A stretch of DNA of 64,000 bases, taken from the sequence record OZ196212.1; one strand, given 5' to 3'. Shown here piece by piece: positions 33,724-42,624 of the stretch. Below the pieces are notes generated by a model. The model saw nothing but the letters and a program-made list of their open reading frames with translations. It ran no database searches and was not told the DNA's origin. Numbering within the stretch: the first letter of the stretch is position 1; the number at the start of each line of letters is the position of its first letter. A program made the position numbers and the translations under genes.

Positions 33724-33845
33724 TGGTCGTGCGTACTAGAATCGAACTAGTCCTACGATCTCCTAATGATATGCGTTATTGGTTGCTGAATACTTACTTG
33801 TCAGTAAGCGTTATGCTACGTGTGCTGCCACTACACCAACGCACG
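33724..33845 (-). ncRNA. tRNA-scaffold RNA C
   Basis: CGUGCGU/ACGCACG-A-CCA, T arm, insert GCUUAC-UG-ACAA-GUAAGU-AUU-CAGCAA; a 14-bp leader/trailer stem covers the ACCA. Confidence 0.72.
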
Positions 33846-33860
33846 ACCAATATGCTCTAG

Positions 33861-34015
33861 ATTATTTAATTTGCGTGCTACTTGCACGACGACTGAGCGA
33901 ATTATAACTCAGCTAGTTTTTGTTCGAGAACTCGGCGGCTAAGCCTATTCACTGCTTGTCAGAACTTAGAACTGACCTCATGTTTTCATTGCGTCTAACA
34001 CGCAAATTAAATAAT
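33861..34015 (-). ncRNA. ~155-nt RNA closed by a perfect 17-bp stem
   Basis: AUUAUUUAAUUUGCGUG … CACGCAAAUUAAAUAAU with internal GUCAG/CUGAC and CUGAG/CUCAG hairpins. Confidence 0.5.
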
Positions 34016-34127
34016 TCTTATCTTCAGTAAAGAGCAGAAACGATAAGACTAGTCTGTTTAATCAATAGTGTTCATCTTCAAGAAGAGGCGAAAACGATGA
34101 ACTTAGTTCGCTTAATCAACTGTGTTA

Positions 34128-34252
34128 ATCTTAGCAGCTTTTTCGCTGAAGTCAAACACTTTTTTCAAATTTCTTTCATCGAATCAAGAGTTTGTGTTGC
34201 TGTCTCTCGACTCGATGAAATACATTCTACAGGAAAACAAAGCGAAGTCAAC
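34128..34252 (-). promoter_or_regulatory. Two tandem early promoters at the head of the tRNA/ncRNA array
   Basis: GTTGAC-N17-TAGAAT (34224-34252) and TTTGAC-N17-TAAGAT (34128-34156), each with upstream A tracts. Confidence 0.7.
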
Positions 34253-34269
34253 AAGTATTTTCAACTTTT

Positions 34270-34521
34270 TTACGATTGAATGATAATACCGCTTTCCGTC
34301 TCACCGCGCTCAAGAGCTGCGTGCTTAATCTGTAGTTGTGCTACTGCTTGTTGAAGTTCTGTGATCGTCTGATCATATAGCTTCATGTTGCTTTGCATGT
34401 GTTTAATCTGATCGCTCTGCAAACCAACGATATAGGTAAGCAAGATGATGCTTTCATTATCTTGCAGTTCTTCACCGTCGTTGTATTTCTTCAGAACAGA
34501 TTGGATTGTAATATCAGCCAT
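34270..34521 (-). CDS. Hypothetical coiled-coil protein
   Basis: ATG 34521 overlaps the end of 57B. Confidence 0.55.
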   Translation of the reverse strand: MADITIQSVLKKYNDGEELQDNESIILLTYIVGLQSDQIKHMQSNMKLYDQTITELQQAVAQLQIKHAALERGETESGIIIQS

Positions 34522-34969
34522 TGTTTTCAGCCCATGACAAATCGAGTGGTTCAACGTATTCGTCTACAAGTCGAACTTCGGCTTCGACGAACAAGGGAGT
34601 GATTGCATCGTCATACGAAAGCGTGACGTGCGGAGTATAGTCAGGGTAATCGTGAGTACCACCGATAGAGATAAGGTCTTCATGACGCGCTACAAGCTCA
34701 GGACATTTCATCTTCGCAACAACTGCGTGATTACCGTCTTGAGTTTTCCAGCAATCGATATACTCAATAGTTGCTACGAATGTCGTATCAACGGCAGGCA
34801 CATCAATTTGATTGCGACTGTATAGAACAGTGACGTGAAATTTATCTGGATCTAAAGGATTTGCTAGACGAAGCGATGTCTGCAAGCGAACTAACTCTTG
34901 TTTACTCGATTCGTCTAGTTTGATACCAACGTACGTCCCCTGACTTTCAAGGAACGTAGATAGTTTCAT
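34514..34969 (-). CDS. 57B: gp57B / anti-CBASS nuclease Acb1 (2H phosphoesterase)
   Basis: Two HxT motifs (FHVTVLYS, PHVTLSY), WKTQDG, GGTHDYPDY and EPLDLSWA as in T4 57B; syntenic with 57A. Confidence 0.9.
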   Translation of the reverse strand: MKLSTFLESQGTYVGIKLDESSKQELVRLQTSLRLANPLDPDKFHVTVLYSRNQIDVPAVDTTFVATIEYIDCWKTQDGNHAVVAKMKCPELVARHEDLISIGGTHDYPDYTPHVTLSYDDAITPLFVEAEVRLVDEYVEPLDLSWAENNG

Positions 34970-35229
34970 TATTCTGCTTCTTTTTCTTCAGTTGGTTCAG
35001 CAGGGCGTTCAGCCTTGCCAGTAAGAATCGCGATCTCGTCAACGTAGTTTTGAAGAGACGCTGCTTTCTCTTGATCGAAATCAAGTAGCTGTGCAAGTAC
35101 ACCCACGAATTGACCGAAAGACTGACGTTCAGCTTGTAGAGTTTCTTGAGTGTCGAATTGACGAACTTTCAGATCTTTTACTTGAGCTTGAAGAGTTTCG
35201 ATTACTTGTTCTGGAGTTTGTTGTGACAT
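34969..35229 (-). CDS. 57A: gp57A tail-fibre chaperone
   Basis: LQAQVKDLKVRQFD coiled coil; position between gp1 and 57B. Confidence 0.75.
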   Translation of the reverse strand: MSQQTPEQVIETLQAQVKDLKVRQFDTQETLQAERQSFGQFVGVLAQLLDFDQEKAASLQNYVDEIAILTGKAERPAEPTEEKEAE

Positions 35230-35239
35230 TCTGTTCACC

Positions 35240-35881
35240 TTAAATTTTTAATTGATTAATTTGATCATGTAGCTCAGATAGTGAGCCGTTATTATCTATT
35301 TGAATGGCTTCGAGTATAAACCCAAGCTCTGTGTCGCTAATGTGATTAGATGCCAGTGAACCGTTTCGGTTAACTTGAAGCATTGTCCCATCAAGCTCTT
35401 GTACTAACGCTAATTCGTTTTCGAATCGCACATCAGTAATTATAAACTTTAAATCTGGTGTATTAAACACCAATTCGTTGTATTTGTTTCTAGCGTAATT
35501 GATCCAGTGCTGTTCGTCTATCGAACGCGCTACATCGGTGCCGGTCATTTGTAGTAAGTCGCGAATACTGAATAGTCCCGTATGCGGTAGCAAGCAAAAG
35601 TAGACATAATCATAGTCAGCGTCTACGTTGGCGTACTCACAAGCAAGAAGAACGATTTCAACCGCTTCATCAAAAGTGAATGTTGGGATTTCTCTATCGA
35701 AGTCATCTTGACCATCTATATCAGCATATTCATACCCATAGTCTTGAAGCCCGATAAGCAATCCCTCTTTAATAGGATCAGCAAATTTGTAAATGTAAGT
35801 CTGATCACTATGGGATTCTTTAATGACGGTTGCTACAGTATCTTTGCCTGAGCGTTTTTGTCCATTTATTCCGATTATCAT
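35240..35881 (-). CDS. 1: Deoxynucleoside monophosphate kinase gp1
   Basis: IIGINGQKRSGKDT; FADPIK; RDLLQMTGTD; ITDVRFENE. Confidence 0.92.
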   Translation of the reverse strand: MIIGINGQKRSGKDTVATVIKESHSDQTYIYKFADPIKEGLLIGLQDYGYEYADIDGQDDFDREIPTFTFDEAVEIVLLACEYANVDADYDYVYFCLLPHTGLFSIRDLLQMTGTDVARSIDEQHWINYARNKYNELVFNTPDLKFIITDVRFENELALVQELDGTMLQVNRNGSLASNHISDTELGFILEAIQIDNNGSLSELHDQINQLKI

Positions 35882-35977
35882 AGTGTTACCAGTTTAGTGT
35901 TGTTCATAAGCTAATTATACGCGCCAATCACCATATTCTAAACAAGTAGCGATTTAGGTTCCTATTCTCTAATACTT

Positions 35978-36046
35978 CTAATATCACTAACTTCACTAAA
36001 ACTACTAATACTACTAAGATGATGCGGAATTTTTCCGCCTCGTCCA
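35978..36046. repeat. 69-bp intergenic element, copy 1 (inverted copy at 61923-61991)
   Basis: 66/69 identical to the reverse complement of 61923-61991; CTAA/ACTAA tandem motifs plus GCGGAA-TTT-TTCCGC palindrome. Confidence 0.9.
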
Positions 36047-36070
36047 ATCCTGCCGCTGACGCTCAGACCT

Positions 36071-36091
36071 AAAAAAGCCCCTGACGGGGCT
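36071..36091 (-). terminator. Rho-independent terminator after gene 3
   Basis: AGCCCC-GTCA-GGGGCTTTTTT. Confidence 0.8.
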
Positions 36092-36096
36092 CTTGA

Positions 36097-36627
36097 TTAA
36101 ACTATCGGGCTTATAACAACTTCTTTGCCATCTATCTTGTGTATCATTTCAAAGTAAGCGTATTCAAACTCAACGTCACATGTTACGACTTCAACATCAC
36201 CTGCTTCTGTATAGTTCCATTCAACTTGACTTAATGACTTAGGGAACGCATTGATAAAACGATACGTTGCTACAATCTTGTCTTTGTTGTTGTCTAGAAT
36301 ATGAAGCAGAAGCGTTGATGGAACTTTACCATCGGGATTACTTGGTCCATTCGGATTGTTCATCGTTAACATCCAACGATATAGCTCTGCGTATGTCTTG
36401 AGATCTTCATCGACTAGAAACTGAATCGATAGCGAGTCGTAACTTGTTGCAGACCCTGCAATGTTGTTGTCAGCTAGTTTCGCGTATTTTGGACCTCTTG
36501 CGATACTAGCAACTTCCATATTGACACCTGGGATAGCGGCAGATTGAATCTGCCACACGAACGTTTCAGTTGCGTTATTATCTGGTATGTCGATTCGGAA
36601 GTTATTCTTCATCGTTACGTTTTTCAT
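36097..36627 (-). CDS. 3: Tail tube terminator / sheath stabiliser gp3
   Basis: WQIQSAAIPG…YDSLSIQFLVDEDLKTY.ELYRWM…F..AFP..LS. Confidence 0.85.
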   Translation of the reverse strand: MKNVTMKNNFRIDIPDNNATETFVWQIQSAAIPGVNMEVASIARGPKYAKLADNNIAGSATSYDSLSIQFLVDEDLKTYAELYRWMLTMNNPNGPSNPDGKVPSTLLLHILDNNKDKIVATYRFINAFPKSLSQVEWNYTEAGDVEVVTCDVEFEYAYFEMIHKIDGKEVVISPIV

Positions 36628-38594
36628 TACTGCGATACCCTCTGTGTAGTTCCGTTGTGTTTAGCACCACCACCAGAAACTAATGGACTTGCAAAGTTCG
36701 TTGTTTTTTGCTGCACTGAACTCACTGCTTGATTGACGATGTTGTTACCAACCGATGCTGCGTTTCTAGCAGCTTCTGCCGCTGCTTTCTGCACTGCAAG
36801 GGCTTCTAGTATCACTGCATTAGAAACCGTCTTAGCGCCCGCTACACCCTCTGTAATCATACGCTGTCTTTCAGCTTCAATTGCTGCTTGTTCAGCCATT
36901 TGCTTCTTCTCAAGTTCCATTGACAAGAAGTTGTCTAGACCTTCCGCTGAAGCTGCTAGTCCGTCAACTGGTTTAGAAAGTGTGTTACCAATGCTCTTGG
37001 CACTTTCAACAACGACTTGTCCCGCTGCTTTTGCACCATCGACTACAGCACTACCCATTTTCCCGATATAATCAGTCTCGTAGTTTGCGTTCAATCGTTC
37101 TTTGATTGCTGCGCTTTCGCCATCTAAGTTTTCGCGTTTAGCTGTCAACTTGTCTTTGGCTAATGAATCTGGTCTATCGATTCCCGGTATCCAGTCAATC
37201 ATTTCAGCAGCCATTTCTTGAACACTTAGCATCATTCGTTCGATTGCGTTCATCAGCAACGCGAATGAATCAGGAATGCTCATGAAACTCGCGATGATCT
37301 TGTTCAAGTTGTTGACAAACATGTTGAACGTGCTCTTAACAAACCCGACTACTTTATCAAACGCGCCGACGATTCCTTCGACTGCTCCCTCTGGAACTGC
37401 GTCTTTGATGTTGTCGCCAACTAATCCGAACCATGCACCGATTCCGTGTATAACGTCGCTGAACCATTGAGATACTAATCCGAATAGCAATTGTCGTTTC
37501 TCTGGGTCCATGAATATAGATTTCAATGCACCGAAAATGCGATCAATCTCTTCTTCGAAGATCTTATAGATACCGTAACCTGCAACAAGACCGACTAGTG
37601 CAACTGGGTTCAATAGAACTGCAATCACGCGTCCAAGCCCGAAGAATATCTGTCTCGCGACTGACTTCATCATTGTCTTAGCTACTTCACCAAATCCCTG
37701 CTCGGCTAAGATTTTAATCATCTTACCACTGCCGCCAGTCAATTTACCAAATCCTGATAGAGCCATTGCAGCGAGTTGTCCTAGTTTGCCGAACTTCGTA
37801 GCAGTCGCAGCCGCAGTTCCCATCGCACTACTGAAAGTCACGATTTGACCGCCAAGCATCATCAAGCCAACGCCGACGATTCTGAACAACTTAACAATCC
37901 ATCCAAGCTGACGACCAGTTAGGTGATTCGCAATTCGTTTTAGATCACTTGCTTGATTGCGCTGAACTTTCATGTTCGCTTTATAGCGATGCAATTCAGT
38001 TTTACGGTCACGCGTACGCGAAACTGTTTCATATGCGAAGATCTTCTGATACAATGCGCTTATAAAGCCCACAGTGAGCGGTGAGTTATTACCCCGACCC
38101 GATGTTAGGAAACTATTCAAATCGTCGGCAGTCGTCTTCTGAAGCCCGATTATGCGCTTCATATCGTTCACTCTGAAGATTAGACGCTCGAACCAACGAG
38201 TGAATCCCTCTTGCATACGCATGAATCCGAGTTTAGCCGTCACTTTCATTTCTTGAATGCCGCGATCAATGCGCGACAAATGACCTTTAAAGTCGAGTGT
38301 CGTTTTGATCACATCGGTCAGTGAAATGATCGACGCTCGTAGTTTATTTGATCCTTCTTGGAAGTTCTCGCCAATTCGCTGAAACAGTGATTTTTGCTGA
38401 ATCGTTTGCTTTTCATTGACTTTGAAAACAGACTTCATCGTGTCGAGCAATGACGTGGTGCTCACGTCTATATTGGCGACGTGACGAGCCACACGCTGCA
38501 TCGTGTAGACTTCTGGTCTGTCTTCTTGTTGTAAAATCACATGATCTAATCGGTTGATTATCTCTTGTAATTTTTTGTTATTATCAGCCGACAT
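36627..38594 (-). CDS. 29: Baseplate hub / tape-measure protein (gp29-like)
   Basis: Long helical Gly/Ala-rich protein with hydrophobic central segments, downstream of gp26/51. Confidence 0.65.
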   Translation of the reverse strand: MSADNNKKLQEIINRLDHVILQQEDRPEVYTMQRVARHVANIDVSTTSLLDTMKSVFKVNEKQTIQQKSLFQRIGENFQEGSNKLRASIISLTDVIKTTLDFKGHLSRIDRGIQEMKVTAKLGFMRMQEGFTRWFERLIFRVNDMKRIIGLQKTTADDLNSFLTSGRGNNSPLTVGFISALYQKIFAYETVSRTRDRKTELHRYKANMKVQRNQASDLKRIANHLTGRQLGWIVKLFRIVGVGLMMLGGQIVTFSSAMGTAAATATKFGKLGQLAAMALSGFGKLTGGSGKMIKILAEQGFGEVAKTMMKSVARQIFFGLGRVIAVLLNPVALVGLVAGYGIYKIFEEEIDRIFGALKSIFMDPEKRQLLFGLVSQWFSDVIHGIGAWFGLVGDNIKDAVPEGAVEGIVGAFDKVVGFVKSTFNMFVNNLNKIIASFMSIPDSFALLMNAIERMMLSVQEMAAEMIDWIPGIDRPDSLAKDKLTAKRENLDGESAAIKERLNANYETDYIGKMGSAVVDGAKAAGQVVVESAKSIGNTLSKPVDGLAASAEGLDNFLSMELEKKQMAEQAAIEAERQRMITEGVAGAKTVSNAVILEALAVQKAAAEAARNAASVGNNIVNQAVSSVQQKTTNFASPLVSGGGAKHNGTTQRVSQ

Positions 38595-38761
38595 TATTGT
38601 GCTTCCTTATTCTTTTCTTGAATATAATGAATTAGCTGTGCGGCGTAGATATCACGCTCGAATAGAATCATCGTTTCAACGTCATGAAGAGAGAAATTGC
38701 CATGAGTGATCATGGCAAAGTTTTCTTTGTAATACTCTTCAAGTGAGTATCCACCGAGCAT
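38594..38761 (-). CDS. Small baseplate hub assembly protein (gp51-like), missed by ORF track
   Basis: MLGGYSLEEYYKENFAM…FSLHDVETMILFERDIY…YIQE; TAATG coupling on both sides. Confidence 0.7.
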   Translation of the reverse strand: MLGGYSLEEYYKENFAMITHGNFSLHDVETMILFERDIYAAQLIHYIQEKNKEAQ

Positions 38762-39615
38762 TAGACGAAAAAATCTTCGATTCCTCGTAGTGTTACCTTT
38801 TCGCTGTTACCACACTTAGGGCAAACAACATCAATATGAGTAGTCAGACGCGGAACAGAATCGACGAATGTTTGAACTTTCGTGAATGTGTTTGTGTCAA
38901 TCTCACCCATGATATTGATTAGCATGTTTTGTTGTTCAAGTTCTTCTTTGGTGTATACAACTTCGCCCACGTGAACTTCGTGAATCGATGCTACAGCGAT
39001 ATTGAATAAACCCTCAGGTGTATTCGGATCGTTGTTCTCGTATACTTTAATGTTCGGGTGTTTCAGCTTGATTACAACGTTGTCGTTCACTTTAACCGTG
39101 TCATCGCCTTTGAACTTCGGTACGTGCGCTTGATTCAAATCAATGTGCGCGTGAATCTGCGTGCCGCATAGCTCTTTATCGGGCGCGAACACAGCTTCGA
39201 TTGCTTCGTCGTCAGACTGATTCACGATTTCTGCGAACAGTTCATCGGCAGACTTCGCAAGCTCTGCTTCTTCTTCTGCGCTGATCTCTGCTAGTTCTTC
39301 TTCAGTTTTCGTTCCTTCTGCACAACAGTTATATGTTGCTTGGATGTTTGTCACACCGTTGCTGTTCATATACATGTGCATGAATAGAAATTCACCATCA
39401 CCGACTGTCAGTTCTTCCATTTTGATGTCAGACATGATGCAATTTTCAAGTGCTTGCTCGATTGCGTCAACTTTCTGATCTGACTCGTTCGCGATTAGCA
39501 ACGCTTTGTGCTCTTTTGCAAGCATAGCGCGAAGCTTAATCTCTTCACCCGTCGATGGTAGTTTAACTGTGTATTGTGGTGCTGCCAGTACGTTTAAATC
39601 AAATGTTTTAGTCAT
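38761..39615 (-). CDS. 26: Baseplate hub assembly protein gp26
   Basis: YTVKLPSTGEEIKLRAML.KE.K.LL…C…LTVGDGEFLF…LKHP…CPKCG…LRGIEDFF. Confidence 0.85.
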   Translation of the reverse strand: MTKTFDLNVLAAPQYTVKLPSTGEEIKLRAMLAKEHKALLIANESDQKVDAIEQALENCIMSDIKMEELTVGDGEFLFMHMYMNSNGVTNIQATYNCCAEGTKTEEELAEISAEEEAELAKSADELFAEIVNQSDDEAIEAVFAPDKELCGTQIHAHIDLNQAHVPKFKGDDTVKVNDNVVIKLKHPNIKVYENNDPNTPEGLFNIAVASIHEVHVGEVVYTKEELEQQNMLINIMGEIDTNTFTKVQTFVDSVPRLTTHIDVVCPKCGNSEKVTLRGIEDFFV

Positions 39616-39624
39616 GATATTACC

Positions 39625-40365
39625 TTAAAAAAGACCCGTGATTGCTTCTGAGCCCGTATTGTAAATGCTGTTATATGTCTTCTCGAATTCTTGCGAAATC
39701 TCTAGTTGACTTGAAATCTCGTTTTTAATATCTTCGGACAAGTATGTTGCGCTCTCGTACACAAATTCAACTTCGAATTCAGCGATTGCGTTGTTGTTTT
39801 CGTAGCCTAACTGAACGCCACCAACACGCGTCGGGAATGCATTCTTCAAACTAGTCATAGTAACCATGTTCGAGTTGCGGTCATACGTGTAGATTTCAAT
39901 TGTACGAGCATAGTTCGCCATGAATCCTACCTGTGCAGTCGCGCTAGTGTAAATCTGTTTGAACCAGCCAAGCATCATTTTACGCTCTGGGTGAGTCGGT
40001 GACAGATACATTGTCATGGTCACTGTTTCGTCAGTTTTCGATTTGACTATGTGATTTGGCGTGCGTCGAGTCTTATCGACATCAGTTTCGTACGATGACC
40101 CCGGGATGTTAGTCGATTTCACCATCATTCCGATGTTGCGTTCGTACTCAAACCCCGCGCCGAACAGTTCAATCGTAGACATGAACGCATCTTGAACGCC
40201 AACGCCCTTGACTGAATCAGTCGCAGCGTTGTACATAGTTTCGCCCGTGTTCATAACTTGTTTCGCTGTGTCTTGCAGCGATGCGAAACGCACCGCGTAC
40301 AAGTTTTGACGAGCCAAGTCGTTCTTGGTGATTTGCGCCAAGAACTTCTTAACGTCAATGCTCAT
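39625..40365 (-). CDS. 54: Baseplate tail-tube initiator gp54
   Basis: DLARQNLYAVRF…VKSTNIPG…AFPTRVGGVQLGYENNNAIAEFEVEFVY tail-tube fold. Confidence 0.75.
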   Translation of the reverse strand: MSIDVKKFLAQITKNDLARQNLYAVRFASLQDTAKQVMNTGETMYNAATDSVKGVGVQDAFMSTIELFGAGFEYERNIGMMVKSTNIPGSSYETDVDKTRRTPNHIVKSKTDETVTMTMYLSPTHPERKMMLGWFKQIYTSATAQVGFMANYARTIEIYTYDRNSNMVTMTSLKNAFPTRVGGVQLGYENNNAIAEFEVEFVYESATYLSEDIKNEISSQLEISQEFEKTYNSIYNTGSEAITGLF

Positions 40366-40367
40366 TT

Positions 40368-40964
40368 TTATCTCCCACGTCTATAACGATCATCGTAAGC
40401 ACGTACAGCAGAAATATTACGACCATTTTTAGCAACGAATTGCTGTAGAGGCATATGAATAACATTGAACCAGTCAGCAGGTTTGACTTCTTCGAGCGAG
40501 CCTTTAACGCGCTTCAAGATGTACAATTTAACCATGTGTTTACTGAACTTCATGTTCTTCACTCGACCCCAGTCGATAATCAACTTTGTCTTGTTACTTA
40601 CTGTTTTCGTGTTCGCGTATCTAAGTATTCTTTCCATGAACTTCTCACGTTCCTTTGGCGGAATGTAGTGTAAGTTCAATCCGAGCATGTATCCCTTGCT
40701 AACGCCTAGACAAACAACGCAAGGGAACTTATCCCAATACGGTAGTTTTGCTTTCGTCTTCGCGTCGTATGCGAATACATACATGTTTCCCTTGTGCGGG
40801 ACTTGTACTTTTTTGCTTCGAATCGCATCATGCACGCGCTTCTTGAACCACGCTATTGATTTGCGCTGATTCTTCGCGACTGGCTGACGACCCATTTCAT
40901 GCACTTGTGCTTTGAAACTTTGAAGCAAGCTTTCTTTTTTCTTCGGTGCGCCTGTTTTAGCCAT
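40368..40964 (-). CDS. 2: DNA end protector gp2
   Basis: GNMYVFAYDAKTKAKLPYWDKFP…GLNLHYIPP..R. Confidence 0.92.
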   Translation of the reverse strand: MAKTGAPKKKESLLQSFKAQVHEMGRQPVAKNQRKSIAWFKKRVHDAIRSKKVQVPHKGNMYVFAYDAKTKAKLPYWDKFPCVVCLGVSKGYMLGLNLHYIPPKEREKFMERILRYANTKTVSNKTKLIIDWGRVKNMKFSKHMVKLYILKRVKGSLEEVKPADWFNVIHMPLQQFVAKNGRNISAVRAYDDRYRRGR

Positions 40965-41419
40965 TAGATTCTAAGTCCTATGAGTTTTCTCAAGCCATGC
41001 TCAGTGAGCACTTTAAACTGCCAGCCTTTTTGCTTCGCGAACTTAATCGCAGCAGCCCATTTATCTTGATTGACTTGAAATGTGTATACCTCGTGAATGA
41101 GACGCTTTTTTGCTTTCTCAGTCAGTCGTTGAGGCTTTTCAGGTGGCTGAGTTTCTTTATGAGGCTTAACCTCGAAGATGAACTCGCGACCATCGCTGAA
41201 CTTCACGTAAAAGTCCATAAAATATCTACGTTTTTTACCGCCATCAGCACTGCTCACGTACGGTATAACGATTTCTTCACTGTTCCAACGAACAACGTCA
41301 GGGTTGTTATCGCACCAACGCATGAAAGATAGCTCCCATGAGCTGCGATATTCTATCTTCTGATAGTTGCCTTTGTACTTTTGTTTGTTCGATGGGACGA
41401 ATTTTCCAGAATATGCCAT
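40964..41419 (-). CDS. 4: Head completion nuclease gp4
   Basis: MAYSGKFVPSNKQKYKG…YRSSWE…WNSEE…YFMDF…EVKP…NQDKW.AA. Confidence 0.93.
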   Translation of the reverse strand: MAYSGKFVPSNKQKYKGNYQKIEYRSSWELSFMRWCDNNPDVVRWNSEEIVIPYVSSADGGKKRRYFMDFYVKFSDGREFIFEVKPHKETQPPEKPQRLTEKAKKRLIHEVYTFQVNQDKWAAAIKFAKQKGWQFKVLTEHGLRKLIGLRI

Positions 41420-41487
41420 AAACGTCTCCTTTCTTATATTTAGTGAACTTCTAAATACGAGTATTACACATGAATAGGAGCCGACAT

Positions 41488-42624
41488 ATGTCTTGGATCG
41501 GTCTGACAGGAAAACAAACAAATACCGCCGAACGAATCTTATCGATGGAATCGGGACCGTCTGGCGGAGTAACAGAAACTAAAGAAATCACAGACGATGA
41601 GAAAGATGCCAAAGCTCAGGGAAGTAGCAATGTCGCGCTGACATATCCCGCTAATCTTGGTGCAATGGGCGGTCATCCGAACTTCTTTATGTTTCGAGCA
41701 TACGACATGGCGAGCACTACAAAGCAGCATTACACTGATATGCGTAGCTCGTTCACGTCAAATCAAAGCGAACGCGAAAGTGCAGATAAAATCCCTCAAG
41801 AATTGATGGCTACCATCGCACTGTACGCACCGAACGTAGTAGAAGAAGTCTCACACGAGTTTGACAAAACGGCAACGTCTGTTTTCTCAGACTTCTTAGC
41901 CGATGCCGCAGCAGCAGTTGGGGCAGATTCAACGCAAGGTAAAGTTGAAGGGGCAGGCAAAGCGATTCGAACTGGTGTTGGTGCGACACTAGCACAAGCA
42001 AAACGCTCGTTCATTCAGCAGAATGCAGCAGCACAATTGGAGAAGAATAGCTCAGTTGTTACCGATAACGTAACAGTTTCTTCGTACAAGGGTACATCAC
42101 AGCGTCAACAGACATTAGTGTATATCTTCCACCCGAAATCACTTGATGAATTGAAAACAGTCGGTCAGATTATTAAGACGTTCTACAGTCTTTCGCTTCC
42201 GATTAAAACGAGTATATCAGGTGATGATGTAGTCGGATATGACTCTACGGGTGCCGATGGCGCAGCGGGTTTTGCTAAGTATGCAACTCTTTTGAAAACA
42301 CCACCAGTATGGTTGATTGAAGAAGTTTCAGATTCGAGTGCTGACAGATGGACACCTCGTTTCATTTTCGGTCCCGCGGGTATCACGTCAGTGAAATTGA
42401 ACAGAACACCAGATCAATACTGGCGCACGTTCAGAGGCACAGCAGGTGACCCGTCTGGTATTGAAATGGAAATTACGTTTACTGAACTTATTCCGCTTGA
42501 TCGCGCTATGTATCTTCGTGATGTTAATAGTAGCATTAACGGGTATCAAGATAACACGGTCACTGCATCAGGTGATAGTGAAGATAGCGGTAGCTTTATC
42601 GACGATGTTAAGGGGATTTTCTAA
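41488..42624 (+). CDS. 48: Baseplate tail-tube cap gp48
   Basis: LTYP…IALYAP…F.PKS..E…I…F…P.W…FGPAGIT..…FTEL; GGAG SD and CTAAATA upstream. Confidence 0.8.
   Translation: MSWIGLTGKQTNTAERILSMESGPSGGVTETKEITDDEKDAKAQGSSNVALTYPANLGAMGGHPNFFMFRAYDMASTTKQHYTDMRSSFTSNQSERESADKIPQELMATIALYAPNVVEEVSHEFDKTATSVFSDFLADAAAAVGADSTQGKVEGAGKAIRTGVGATLAQAKRSFIQQNAAAQLEKNSSVVTDNVTVSSYKGTSQRQQTLVYIFHPKSLDELKTVGQIIKTFYSLSLPIKTSISGDDVVGYDSTGADGAAGFAKYATLLKTPPVWLIEEVSDSSADRWTPRFIFGPAGITSVKLNRTPDQYWRTFRGTAGDPSGIEMEITFTELIPLDRAMYLRDVNSSINGYQDNTVTASGDSEDSGSFIDDVKGIF

Noticed and set aside
33212-33845. Intron-containing tRNAs for A, B and C
   Set aside because: No excision restores a 7-nt anticodon loop with a sensible anticodon, and the inserts are too short for self-splicing. 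Treated as ncRNAs instead.
38594-38761. Apparent gap or frameshift between gp26 and gp29
   Set aside because: On re-reading it is an intact 55-aa gp51-like ORF with TAATG overlaps at both ends.
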